From Octopus sinensis (Eukaryota): a stretch of DNA of 48,881 nucleotides. The notes beneath the pieces were generated by a model. The model did no database searches, was not told the DNA's origin, and saw only the letters and a program-made list of their open reading frames with translations. Of this stretch, positions 1-13,223 are shown piece by piece; positions within the stretch are counted from its first letter, which is position 1, and every line of letters begins with the position of its first letter. The DNA is taken from the NCBI RefSeq assembly GCF_006345805.1, contig NW_021834441.1, positions 1-48,881 on the forward strand, written 5' to 3'. Made by a program: the position numbers and the translations under genes.

Positions 1-21
1 AAAGTGTTTGTGTTAGTTTTA

Positions 22-229
22 AATATGTGTGTATATAATATATATACATATATATATTATATATATATATAATGTCTGTATGTATGTATGTATATATATA
101 TATATATGTCTGTATGTATATATATAACGTCTGTATGTGTATATATATATATATATATTAATGTCTGTATGTGTATGTATATATACATACAGACATATAT
201 ATATATACATATATGTCTGTATGTGTATG

Positions 230-260
<31 letters not shown>

Positions 261-295
261 ATGTATATATGTGTATGTGTGTATATATGTATATA
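22..295. repeat. Compound (TA)/(TG)/(TATG) microsatellite
   Basis: Direct inspection. Confidence 0.95.
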
Positions 296-307
296 AGAAT
301 GAATGTG

Positions 308-458
308 TACGTGAGAAAGAAGGAAAGAAAGAGAGTATGATGGAAGGGAGAGGAAGGGGGTAGAGAGAGTGAGTAAAGGAGAGGGAGGGAGGGGGAGAGA
401 TGTTGAGATAGAGGGAGAGAAGGAGAGAAGAAGAGAGAGAGAGAGCGGGAGAGATAAA

Positions 459-495
<37 letters not shown>
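308..495. repeat. GA-rich polypurine tract ending in (GA)n just upstream of the promoter
   Basis: Direct inspection. Confidence 0.9.
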
Positions 496-497
<2 letters not shown>

Positions 498-780
498 TTT
501 TGAGAGTATGTTCGATCGCAGCTAGTCATGTGATCAATCGATTTATAATCCCGTTCAAGATGGCTGCGAATGTGCAGTCGATGTGTCGGTATTGGAAAAA
601 CTTTCACTTGAAAGATCTGCAGGTAATGTTGCATTTCGAATTTCCTAATTTCGATAGGGCCACGCGGGACGACGGCCCGCACGCGAAGGGCCGCACCTCG
701 GCGGCCGATCGTCGAGCGGGGCTGCGTAAATCGCGGGGAAAAACGGCGCAAGAAGGGCGAAACCAACGTTTTGTGCTATT
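496..780 (+). promoter_or_regulatory. Probable promoter / 5' UTR and CpG-rich patch around exon 1
   Basis: Unique sequence with dense CpG (about 640-770 is very GC-rich) in an otherwise AT-rich window. GTCATGTGAT (525-534), ATCAATCGAT (533-542) and YY1-like CAAGATGGCTGC overlapping the ATG. Confidence 0.6.
560..622 (+). CDS. CUX1: First coding exon of CUX1/CASP (cut-like homeobox 1 / golgin CASP shared N-terminus)
   Basis: CAAGATGGCT start context. Translation MAANVQSMCRYWKNFHLKDLQ aligns with the recalled human CASP-type start [21 protein letters not shown]. Canonical donor CAG|GTAATG at 623, phase 0, at the point where I recall the human first exon ending. Adjacent CpG-rich patch. Confidence 0.9.
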
Positions 781-1139
781 GATAAAATATCAGTAATAAT
801 CAATATGGCCGTTCATGGATCAGAATGAAAACTCTTTGTTTCGCACAAGCAGACTTGCTAAATATCTCCCTCTCGCTCGCTCTTTCTCTCTCCATATACA
901 CCTCCCTCAGTCTTATATCTGTATATACACATTGCAATGCATGGCCAGGGTTGTTTTTTTTGCGGCTTTTTCTCCTCTGTAAACACAAGATAACAATTAT
1001 TTCTCCACATAAAGCTCCTTCTGTTTGTGTCTCGCTCTGCAGGAAAAACTTTAAGAAACTTTAAAGTCCGCCAACTTTTTGCAAAGTTCCTTTTCTAATT
1101 CCATTTCTCTTCTATTTTTATCAAATGTTTTTTTATCTT

Positions 1140-1320
1140 CATATATATCTACATATATATATATACACATGTATGTAAATATATAAGTATATAAATATAT
1201 ATATATATATATGTATATATATGTGTGTGTGTATATTTTTCTCTCTGTGTGTGTGTCTGTGATTTCTGTGTTTGATGTATCGAGTTTGTCCCTATATATA
1301 TGTATATATATGTATATATT

Positions 1321-1356
<36 letters not shown>

Positions 1357-2090
1357 GTATGTGTATACACGTGTGTGTATTTACTAATATTTCCATATAG
1401 ATAAATATATGTACAGCAGAGCTTATACATGCGTATATATATATGTATGTATATATATATATATATTTGCAAATGTATATATATACACATGTATATAAAC
1501 ATAGGTAAATGTATACAGATATATATATATATATGTGTATATATATATGTAAATACATACGTGTATACACACACATATGTAGGTTTATATACATGTGTAT
1601 GTATATATATACATACACATATGTAGATTATGTAGATTTATATACATATGTGTATATATATATATATATATACACATATGTAGATTTATATACATATGTA
1701 TATGTAGATTTATATACATATGTATATGTAGATTTATATACATGTATATGTAGATTTATATACATATGTATATATAGATATATATATATTACATACACAT
1801 ATGTAGATTTATATGCATACATATGTACATCTATATATATATATATACATATGTGCATGAATATACATATCTGTGTATACACTCACATACATCTATGTGA
1901 AATCTCTCACTCGTAATTTCCACCTATCTTCTCTTATTCCCACCACGCCAAACCATTATGATAAAACCACAACAACCTTCCACCGTTTTATTTCACCCCC
2001 TCATCCTGTTATTTATCATCACTATATATAGCTTCGATTTCTCTGTGTATGGCTGTTTATTGAGAGATCATCTCTACACTATGTACACAT

Positions 2091-2130
<40 letters not shown>

Positions 2131-2254
2131 TGTCTGTGGTTATTTTGTTTTTGTTTTCTTTCTCTACATGACAAGCAAACGTTACATGGCTTTTTATACA
2201 CACAAGGAATACGCGTAAGCACGCAATTAGTGTATGTGTATGTATGTATGTAGT

Positions 2255-2289
<35 letters not shown>

Positions 2290-2488
2290 TATATATAGTG
2301 TATATATATATACACATATATATTTGTGTGTGTATGTATGTGACCGGATCATGCTCTGTATTTGTCATATATACATTATATATATATGTATGTATGTATT
2401 TATTTTTTTGTGTGCATGTTTATATAAATATAAACACAACATACATCAGCAGATGCACACTTAGATATATAGTTATATACATACATAC

Positions 2489-2529
<41 letters not shown>

Positions 2530-2710
2530 TCGTTCATACTCTCACGTTTATACACACGTCAATAATAGCTAAATCGAACCCGTTTTAAATATAGATCTCT
2601 CTCGGTGCGTATGTACGCATATACATACATACATACATACATACATATGTGGTATATATATATATATATATCTTTTTTTTTATGTATTTATTTATTTATT
2701 TAAATATATA
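1140..2710. repeat. Interspersed TA/TG/CA microsatellites, including a ~26-bp TATGTAGATTTATATACA minisatellite (about 1620-1815)
   Basis: Direct inspection. Confidence 0.85.
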
Positions 2711-3318
2711 TTTGGTTGTTATAATGTTTTAAATATTTTCTTCTTATTTAGGTTTGTTTTCCGTTCTCTCTTTTCAACTTTATTATTCATTTCTCTTGTG
2801 GCGAGCATTATTATTGTTAGTTGCATCCTTTTTTAATTACAATTCTTATTAACTATCCGCCGCCCCCCTTTTTTTCACTCGTCGCCCTTGTGGCAAATTA
2901 TAAGGGAATCCTTAATGTTATCCTTGTTTCTTAGTGTGTATAAATATCATTATTATCATTATTATTATTATTATCATTATTATATCACGGTATTGTTGTG
3001 ATGATAGAGAGAAGAGAGAGAGGCAGGCATGAAATAGCAGCAGCCACGACCATCAGCATCCTATGTCGTGGCTATTGTGGCGACGACAGGCGGTGATGTT
3101 GACAATACTACTACTGCTGCTGATGATGATGGTGATGATGACGGTGATGTTGTTGTTGATGATGATGATGATGATGTTTGTTCACACAACAGCCTGCCAT
3201 CCGTCGTCTCCTTTCTCACTGGGGTCTTTTTTTTTTTCTTCATCTTCTTTACCTCTCCCGTCTGCATTTACATGTCTTTCAGGAGGAAAGCAGGGCGGGA
3301 AGAAGTTGCAACACAGAG

Positions 3319-3319
<1 letters not shown>

Positions 3320-3355
<36 letters not shown>

Positions 3356-3412
3356 CACACACACACACACACACGTATTCATCCCTCCATCTGTATATGT
3401 GTAAATAGAACT

Positions 3413-3444
<32 letters not shown>

Positions 3445-3640
3445 GTATTCATCCCTCCATGTGTATATGTGTAAATAGAACTACACACACACACACGCAC
3501 ACACGTACATGCACACACGTATTCATCCCTCCATGTGTAAATAGAACTACACACACACGCACACATACACGCACACACACGCAGGTATTCATCCCTCCAT
3601 GTGTATATAGAACTACACACACAGACACACACACACACAG
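3320..3640. repeat. Four-copy ~60-70 bp minisatellite (GTATTCATCCCTCCATGTGT...AATAGAACTA) spaced by (CA)n
   Basis: Unit core recurs at about 3376, 3446, 3519 and 3585. Confidence 0.9.
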
Positions 3641-4081
3641 CTTTATTGGATTTCTGGTGATCTGCTAGAGATAACATGGATCGACGGCTTCTTGGATATA
3701 ATATATACCATATCTGCCCACAATTTTATACACACCACACACACACACTGACACACAGACACACACACTGATACATACACACACACATATATATAATATT
3801 GTGTGTGCGGAAAACCGATTACTACTTTCCCGTTCAATCGAATCGCTTCTGTAAAAAGGAAAATCTATTATCGGCGATCACAACGATTATTATTATTATT
3901 ATTATAAAACAGATCATTATTATTCTTATTATTTTTAAGCATTGCGTTCGACCTATTCGTGTAGGCCTGCTCCTTCCTCGTCTTCACCGAAAATTTCAGG
4001 ACTTGTGCCTATATCAGAAACGGATATTATTATTCTTATTATTATAAATAGTAGTATCGAAGAATTGAAGAATTATCGGTT

Positions 4082-4611
4082 TATATATATATATATATAT
4101 ATGTAGGTATGTATATGTATATATGTATATTGTATATATGTATGTATATGTGTATATGTAGGTGATAGTAGTATATATGTATGATATGTATGTCTATATG
4201 ATATATGTATATATATATGTATGTATATATATATATATGTATATAATATGTATGTATATATGTATGTATATTGTAGTATATATATATGTATGTATATATG
4301 TATGTATATATATATGTATGTATATATGTAGTATATATATATGTATGTATATATGTAGTATATGTATGTATATATATATGATGTATATATGTATGTATAT
4401 ATATATGTATGTATATATGTATGTATGATATATATGTATGTATATATGTATGTATATTATGTATATAGATGTATATAGTATGTATATGTATGTATATATG
4501 TATGTAATATGTATGTATATATATATGTATTATATATGTATATATATATGTATGTATATATATATATATATGTATGTATATATTATGTATATATATGGAT
4601 GTATATATATG

Positions 4612-4646
<35 letters not shown>

Positions 4647-5357
4647 GTATATAGTATGTATATATATATGTATATATGTATGTATAATATGTATATGTAT
4701 GTATATATATGTATATATGTATGTATATATATGTATATATGTATGTATATATGTATATATGTATGTATATATGTATGTATATGTAATGATATAATGTATG
4801 TATATATAGTATGTATATATATGTATGTATATATGTATATATATGTATGTATTATATGTATGTATATATGTATGTATATATGTATGTATATATATGATGT
4901 ATATATATGTATGTATCTATATATATGTATGTATAATATGTATGTATATATAGTATATATATATGTATATGTATGTATATATATATGTATATATATGTAT
5001 GTATATATGTGTATATATATATGTATATATATGTAATGTATGTATATATATGTATGTATATAGTATATATGTATGTATGTATAATGTATGTATGTATATA
5101 TATGTATATATGTATATATATGTATATATGTATGTATGTATATATATGTATATAGTATGTATGTATTATATATGTATATGTATGTATGTATATATATGTA
5201 TATGTATGTATACGTAGGTTATATATATGTATGTATACGTTGTATATATATGTATGTATACGTATGTATATATCTATATGATCGTATGTATGTATATATG
5301 TGTGTTGTGTATGTGCATATAGTATGTATGTTGTGTTATATGTATGTATAATTATAT

Positions 5358-5428
<71 letters not shown>
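4082..5428. repeat. 1.35-kb compound (TATG)/(TA) microsatellite ending in near-pure (TA)n
   Basis: Direct inspection. Confidence 0.95.
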
Positions 5429-5431
<3 letters not shown>

Positions 5432-5624
5432 TGTAAAGCGATATACACACGCGCGTGTATGACAGAACTAGACAAGAAAAGGCTGTCGATTTCGTCTGAA
5501 TTAATATAATTTCACTTGTATAATGTTACTGTTATTTATTTATTTATTTATTTCGATTTTTTTAAATAGCCTTTATTTCACCCTGTCAAAACAGCCCCTA
5601 AAACTCAGAGAGGTTTAGCGAATG

Positions 5625-5650
5625 GGAGAGATAGAGATAGATAGATAGAG

Positions 5651-5697
<47 letters not shown>

Positions 5698-6070
5698 CAG
5701 ATAGATAGATAGACAGACAGATAGATAGATAGACAGACAGACAGATAGATAGGCAGATAAATAGATAGATAGATAGGCAGATAGATAGACAGATAGATAG
5801 ATAGACAGACAGATAGATAGATAGACAGACAGACAGATAGATAGGCAGATAAATAGATAGATAGATAGGCAGATAGATAGATAGAGATAGATAGATAGAG
5901 AGATAGAGAGATAGATAGGCAGACAGATAGATAGATAGATAAATAGACAGATAGATAAATAGATAGACAGATAGATAAATAGATAGATAGACAGATAGAT
6001 AGATAGATAGACAGACAGATAGATAGATAGATAGATATACAGGCACTGAGTGAGATAGAGATAGACAGAG
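5625..6070. repeat. (AGAT)n/(AGAC)n tetranucleotide array
   Basis: Direct inspection. Confidence 0.95.
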
Positions 6071-6589
6071 AATCAGTGAGTGAGGGTTGTGTTGTTAGTC
6101 TCTCTCTCTCTCTCTTCTCTATCACACACATTGGAAAAATATCTGCATCGAGATAATATATTGTCTTTGTCAGTGCGTGTGTGTGTGTGTCTGGTTGTAT
6201 ATATATATATATATATACATGTGTGTGTCAGTTTAAGTATATATATATATGTGTGTAGTGTGTTGTGTGTGTCGGTATTGATTTAGCGTAGCTCGAGTAT
6301 TGACCAAACTGTTTTAGTATATATCAATTGTTTGTATTTTTATCATATATCTAGAAACAAGACTTAATTTAGTTTGTACACACACACACACACACGTGTG
6401 TGTGTGTGTGTGTGAAATTTTATTTATTCACAGTTGTATATTTGTATTACATCAGTGGTTATATATATATATTGTATTTATATTATATATATATATGTAT
6501 GTATGCATAGAAATACAATATATATATATATATTACATAAGTGCAAACGTATTATATAAGCATATAAATGAATTTATATGTGTATTTAT

Positions 6590-7500
6590 ACACGTGGATT
6601 ATATATATATATGTGTATGTATGTATATATGTGTGTATAGTGTGTGTATGTATATATATGTGTGTGATATGTATATATATGTGGGTATATGTATATATAT
6701 GTGTGTATGTATATATATGTGTGTGTATTGTATGTATATATATGTGTGTGTGTAGTGTGTAGTATATATGTGTGGTGTGTGTAATATATGTGTGTGTATG
6801 TATATATATGTGTGTGTGTATAGTGTGTATGTATATATGTGTGTGTGTATAGTGTGTATGTATATATGTGTGTGTGTGTATAGTGTGTATGTATAGTATG
6901 TGGGTATAGTGTGTATGTATATATATGTGTGTGTGTGTATAGTGTGTATGTATATATATATGTGTGTTATGTGTGTATATATATATGTGTGGTGTAGTGT
7001 ATGTATGATATATATATGGTGTGTGGTGTATATATGTGTGTGTGGATGTATATATATGTGTGTGTGTATGTATATATATGTGTGTGTGTGTGTATAGTGT
7101 GTATTGTATATATGTGTGTGTGTATAGTGTGTATGTATATATATGTGTGTGTGTGTATAGTGTGTATGTATATATATATGTGTGGTGTGTATAGTGTGTA
7201 TGTATATATATATGTGTGTATGTATGTATATATATATGCGTGTGTGTATGTATATATGTGTGTGTGTATAGTGTGTATGTGTATATATGTGTGTGTGTAT
7301 AGTGTGTATGTATACATGTGTGTGTGTGTCTATGTATGTATATACATATATATATATATATATGCAATACATATTAAATATATATTACATGTGTGTGTAT
7401 ATATTATACACATGTGTCACGTCTTATATATACGTGTGTGTGTATGTGTCTCTCGATATATATATACATATTTATACACACACACAAAATGTGTATATGC
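6590..7500. repeat. Compound (TG)/(TA) array with recurring TATAGTGTGTATG
   Basis: Direct inspection. Confidence 0.9.
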
Positions 7501-7564
7501 GTGCCGGTGTATATACTATGTCTGTGAGGTTCGTGTCACAACCGTGCGGCTTTGCGCCTAGCCT

Positions 7565-8280
7565 GTTTTAACGGCTGCGGCCGTGCTGGGGCATCGCCTT
7601 GAAGAACTTTCGCCGAGCGAATGCTCCCTTCCCCCCCAGCAGTGCTTATCTTTTGAACTGGAGTACTTATTTAGTCGGTTTCTTTTGCCGAGCTGCTAAG
7701 TTGCGGGGGGGGGGGATCGTAAGCACATCAACACCGTTTGTCAAGCGGTGGTGGGGGGGGGACACACGCTACGGCTTCTTTCAGATTCTGCTTATGAAAT
7801 CCCCTCAGAAGTTCTTGACCATTCGGTGTTTGCCTTTCATCCTTTCGGGGTCGATAAATTAAGTACCAGTTACGCACTGGGGGTCGATGTAATCGACTTA
7901 ATCCCCTTTGTCTGTCCTTGTTTGTTCCCTCTGTGTTTAGCCCCTTGTGGGTAGTAAAGAAATATATACTAGAAGTGACTTTTCCCCAGATGACTCGCAA
8001 CGGGACTGAACCCGGAACCATGTGGCTGGGAAAGGAATTGCTACCGACAGAGCCACGCATGCACCCATATATATATATTCTTTTGCTTATTTCAATCATT
8101 TGACTACGGCCACGCTGGAGCACCGCCTTTAGTCGAAGAAATCGGATCCCAGGGCTTATTCTTTGTAAGCTTAGTACCTATTCTGTCGTTCTGTTTTGCC
8201 GAACCGCTCAGTTACGGGGACGTAAACACGCCAACATCGGTTGTCAAAGCGATGGAGAGGGGACAAACACAGACACAAAA
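7565..8280. mobile_element. Cluster of degenerate SINE fragments (family A minus, family B plus at about 7810-7965)
   Basis: Similarity to the better-preserved copies at 8780-9199 and 23939-24169. Confidence 0.75.
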
Positions 8281-8740
8281 GTATATACATATACACACAT
8301 ATAATACATACATACATATGTATACACTCAATATATAATATAGATATATATATATATATATACATCACCACACGTATATATACATACATACATATGTATA
8401 CACTCATATATATATACATACACACAAGTATATATATATATATATATACACACACATATAATACATACATATGTATACACTCATATATATATATATATAC
8501 ACACACGTATATACACATACATACACACGTATATATACATACAGACACACACGTATATATACATACAGACACACACGTATATATACATACAGACACACAC
8601 GTATATATACATACAGACACACACGTATATATACATACAGACACACACGTATATATACATACACACACACACGTATATATACATACACACACATATATCA
8701 TCATCATCATCATCGTCGTTTTATAAACATATATATATAT
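8280..8740. repeat. CA/TA array with 24-bp unit ACACACGTATATATACATACAGAC (about 6 copies, 8525-8690)
   Basis: Direct inspection. Confidence 0.9.
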
Positions 8741-8779
8741 TATGCGCGCAGGCTTATATTTAATATTCTCTTTCTCTTT

Positions 8780-9199
8780 TCTCTTTTACTTGTTTCAGTC
8801 ATTTGACTGCGGCCATGCTGGAGCACCGCCTTTTTTTTTTAGTCGAGCAAATCGCCCCCGGGACTTATTCTTTGTAAGCCCAGTACTTATTCTATCGGTC
8901 TCTTTTTTGCCGAACCGCTAAGTGACGGGGACGTAAACACACCAGCATCGGTTGTCAAGCAATGCTAGGGGGACAAACACAGACACACAAACACACACAT
9001 ATATATATATACATATATATACATACATATATACGACGGGCTTCTTTCAGTTTCCGTCTACCAAATCCACTCACAAGGCATTGGTCGGCCCGGGGCTATA
9101 GCAGAAGACACTTGCCCAAGATGCCACGCAGTGGGACTGAACCCGGAACCATGTGGTTGGTTAGCAAGCTACTTACCACACAGCCACTCCTGCGCCTAT
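8780..9199 (-). mobile_element. SINE family A, full length (tRNA-like head, central TA/TG microsatellite, 3' tail ...GAAACAAGTAAAAGAG)
   Basis: Minus strand starts AGGCGCAGGAGTGGCTGTGTGGTAAG (A box) with B box GGTTCAGTCCC. More than 10 copies in the window. Likely one of the known octopus tRNA-derived families (OK/OR1/OR2), assignment not verified. Confidence 0.9.
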
Positions 9200-9724
9200 G
9201 AAATAAATCGATATGTGTATGTTTTGTATACACACACACACACACACACACGTGTGTGTGTGTGACTTGATATCTTGTCATACTCATTACTGTATGTCGA
9301 AGACATGATTCAATCATGTTTTGGGTTGAGGAGGGGTGGGCATCAAAGGCCACGTGTTTGTCTCTTTTCACCCCCCTCCCTCCCCGCCTCCGATTAACAG
9401 CAATGGTGATACCTATGATGATGATGATGATGATGATGCTGCTGCTGATGAAATGTAAACACACTCAACAACGGAATCGGATGAAATCGATAGGAAAGGC
9501 TGAAACAACAACTGTGGGAGGGAGACTCCTCTCTCTATCGCTTCTCCTTGTTGAAACCCACTTTGCTCTCTCTCCCCTGTTCGTGTGGGGGTCACCGGAA
9601 GTTTACCAATATTTTTTTTTTGGGCTCTATTCTGTCATTGTTTAGCTCCAGGCCGTGTATCGATCTCTCAGGCGTCTGATCAATGTCGTTTCTTCGAGTG
9701 ACCTTCTTCTTAATTTTTTTTTTC

Positions 9725-9837
9725 ATACACACACACATACATACACACATACACATACACACACACACATACACACACACACATACACACAGACATACAC
9801 ACACACACACAGACACACACACAGACACACACACATA

Positions 9838-9890
<53 letters not shown>

Positions 9891-10048
9891 CACACACATT
9901 CCATTTGCAGTGGGTGACAAGTTCAAAAAGAAGCTGTGTGTGGCCACTTACAAAAAAATACTCAAAGATATGTGTGTGTGTGTATGTCTGTATGTGTGTG
10001 TGTATATGTATGTTTGTGTGTGTGTGTATGTATGTTTGTGTGTGTGTA

Positions 10049-10079
<31 letters not shown>

Positions 10080-10640
10080 GTGTATTTATGTATGTGTGTA
10101 TGTATGTTTGTGTGTGTGTATGTATGTATGCATGTATGTGTGTATATATGTATCAATGTATATACATGTGTGTATATATGTATCAATTTATGTACATGTG
10201 TGTATATATGTATCAATTTATGTACATGTGTGTATATATGTATCAATTTATGTTCATGTGTGTATATATGTATCAATTTATGTTCATGTGTGTATATATG
10301 TATCAATTTATGTTCATGTGTGTATATATGTATCAATATATGTTCATGTGTGTATATATGTATCAATATATGTACATGTGTGTATATATATATCAATATA
10401 TGTACATGTGTGTATATATGTATAAATGTATGTACATGTGTGTGTATACGTATCAGTGTATGTATGTGTGTGTCTATATATATGTATATGTGTGCGTGTA
10501 TATCTGTCAGTGTATGTATCTGTATGTACGTACGTGTGAGTGTATGTATCTATGTATGTACGTCTGTGTGTATATGTATGTATGTACATGTGTGTATATG
10601 TATGTATATATGTACATGTGTGTGTGTGTGTGTGTGTACT
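9725..10640. repeat. (CA)n and (TG)/(TATG) arrays with an embedded 30-bp minisatellite (10136-10440)
   Basis: 30-bp period is visible as two units per 60-nt line. Confidence 0.95.
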
Positions 10641-11169
10641 GGCTACGTTATTCTCGTGTGATGTTTCCCTCCGCGTTTTTTCCCCACTTTCTGCCATCAA
10701 TGGAAAATGATTTCAATGAAATTTGTCTGATATTCCCAGCAGTTGGAATAGGCTCCCTTCAAAAAAACCCCGCATCCCACCCATCCGCCTACAGCCTCTG
10801 TCTTATCCCCTTATTGTGTAATCTCGCCAGATATTTTTTTTAATCCTACGACGGCAATGGTGACTGTATCGTGTTACTATTCAGCGATATATTTTGTGAG
10901 ATGGAGGAACGAACGAATCGATAGAAATAAAAGATCACCCGCAATTCGTTACCAATGTACATTATCGATCCGAACGGGGGTTTGAACCGATAACCTCAAG
11001 GGAGGTAACTCGATAGCGCAATTCGTCGCGGTTCTCGGTTTTGGCTGCGATTGTTAGAACAAAGCTTCCTGAAAGACGAGGTCCCCGAGAAACAGGGCAG
11101 TTGATTTAATCGATTCTCTGTATTCGTTGTTGGGGACATGTGGTTCTAGGGTTCAATCTCACTGCATTA

Positions 11170-11333
11170 TACTTGAGTTCAAATTCCGCCGAGGTCGACT
11201 TTGCCTTTCATCCTTTCGGGGTCGATAAATTAAGTACCAGTTACGCACTGGGGTCGATGTAATCGACTAAATCCCTTTGTCTGTCCTTGTTTGTCCCCTC
11301 TGTGTTTAGCCCCTTGTGGGTAGTAAAGAAATA
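11170..11333 (+). mobile_element. SINE family B (Meta-core-like), 5'-truncated
   Basis: GAGTTCAAATTCCGCCGAGGTCGACTTTGCCTTTCATCCTTTCGGGGTCGATAAATTAAGTACCAG core, tail ...GGGTAGTAAAGAAATA. Confidence 0.9.
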
Positions 11334-11414
11334 TAAATATATATACTTGAGACAAGCATCTTCTTCAGTGGTCCTGTAGTTTCTAGGTGACCAGTATATT
11401 CTCAATGGATTTCG

Positions 11415-11502
11415 TATGTGCGTGCATATGCACAAATGTGTATATATATTTGTATATATGTGCGTGCCTAAGCTTGTGTGAATATGTGTGTGTATACATA
11501 TG

Positions 11503-11533
<31 letters not shown>

Positions 11534-12300
11534 AATATCTATATATGTGTGTGTGTGTATATTTACATATATATGTGCGTGTGTATATGTATATGTGGGT
11601 ATGTATGTATATATGTATGTATATGTATATATGTATGTATATGTGTATATATATGTATATGTCTATATATGTGTATATATATGTATATGTCTATATATGT
11701 GTATATATATGTATATGTCTATATATATGTATATATGTATGTATGTGTATATATGTATGTATGTGTATATATGTATGTATGTGTATATATGTATGTATGT
11801 GTATATATATATGTATGTGTATATATATGTATGTGTATATATATATGTATGTGTATATATATATGTGTGTGTGTATATATATGTGTGTGTGTATATATGT
11901 GTGTGTGTATATATATATGTGTGTGTGTGTATATATATGTGTGTGTATATATATATGTGTGTGTGTATGTGTGTATATATATGTGTGTATGTGTATATAT
12001 ATATATATATATGTGTGTATATATATGTATATATGTGTGTATATATATGTATATATGTGTGTATATATATGTATATATGTGTGTATATATATGTATATAT
12101 GTGTGTGTATATGTATATGTGTGTGTATATGTATATATACATGTGTATATGTATATATACATGTATATATATGTGTGTATATGTATATATATGTGTGTGT
12201 ATATGTATTTATGTATTTATATATATGTGTATATATATACATGTGTATATATGTATATATACGTGTGTATATGTGTGCATATATGCATTTGTGTATGTAT
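11415..12300. repeat. Compound (TA)/(TG) microsatellite
   Basis: Direct inspection. Confidence 0.95.
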
Positions 12301-12559
12301 GCTACCACCACCACTAACATCATCATTGTAGCCTCCACCTCTGTCACAACTACAGCCCATACTATTACTATCACCGCATTGCCATCTGAACTGTCAATCT
12401 ACTACTACAGGCTCTCACTGTTTCTATGACTACTATTACTCTCACCCCAGCAAGAGGAGTAGAAGAAGTGAGAGAGGTGGGGGTTGACGTGTGACACACT
12501 GACACACAAATTCGTTTTGGCATTTAGAATCATTAACTGGACAAGATCCTTATCAGCAT

Positions 12560-12950
12560 TTTATCCATTTGAGTTTGAGTCCATGCTCAGGCCAAGTCGA
12601 AGACTCCACCCTCAGAGTCTGGTGTGGTTGCCAGGTTGTATTCTCTGTTTAATTTTGACAGTTTGTGCTTGTTGTGTATATCCTGGGAGATGGGGTTCAT
12701 CTCTAATGGTGCTTAAGTATCTATTCAGCTGCAATTTGAATGATTCCACACTGCATCCTGATAGATTTCTGACATGTAATGGAATGGAGTTGAATAGTTG
12801 TGCTCCTCGAACCAACAGACTTGACTCTCGCAGGGTTTTTGCTGCCTGGTCAGCCTTTTTATTGATTGGTGGTAGCTGGCAGCGTCTTCCGTGGCGCAGT
12901 GAGTGGTAGGTTTTGATACCAAAGTTTGGCACCTTTTGCTCTATCATTTT
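12560..12950 (-). mobile_element. 3' end of a CR1/Jockey-group non-LTR retrotransposon ORF2
   Basis: ORF 12612-12947 encodes ...GAQLFNSIPLHVRNLSGCSVESFKLQLNRYLSTIRDEPHLPGY, a typical post-RT C-terminus. Second copy at 15235-15490. Confidence 0.8.
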
Positions 12951-13223
12951 CCAAATGTATATAATTCGGTATCGCTTTATTTTCAGAGTTGAATTTCAGT
13001 CGAGGTTGACTTAGCCTTTCGTTTGTTCAGGGTTGGTAAAAATAAGTACCGGTGGAACTATACAACCGACTCATTCCCCCCCCCTAAAATTGCTGGCCTT
13101 GTGCCACAGTTTGAAACCATTATTATTATTGTTGTTGTTGTTGTCGGTGAGAAAGTTATTACCTTGATTGACTTGAGTTGCGTAAAGCCGGCCACGATGC
13201 ATGTAAACATTTTGAGTTGAAGT

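Noticed and set aside
158-766. 202-aa minus-strand ORF overlapping exon 1
   Set aside because: It is the antisense read-through of the GC-rich patch plus the GA and TA repeats. No recognisable domain.
500-796. 98-aa ORF as a complete gene
   Set aside because: Only codons 560-622 match CUX1/CASP. Similarity stops exactly at the GT donor and the upstream start is a GTG.
3061-3260. Poly-Asp, poly-Met and poly-Ser ORFs
   Set aside because: They come from GAT/GTT triplet repeats, with no splice or homology support.
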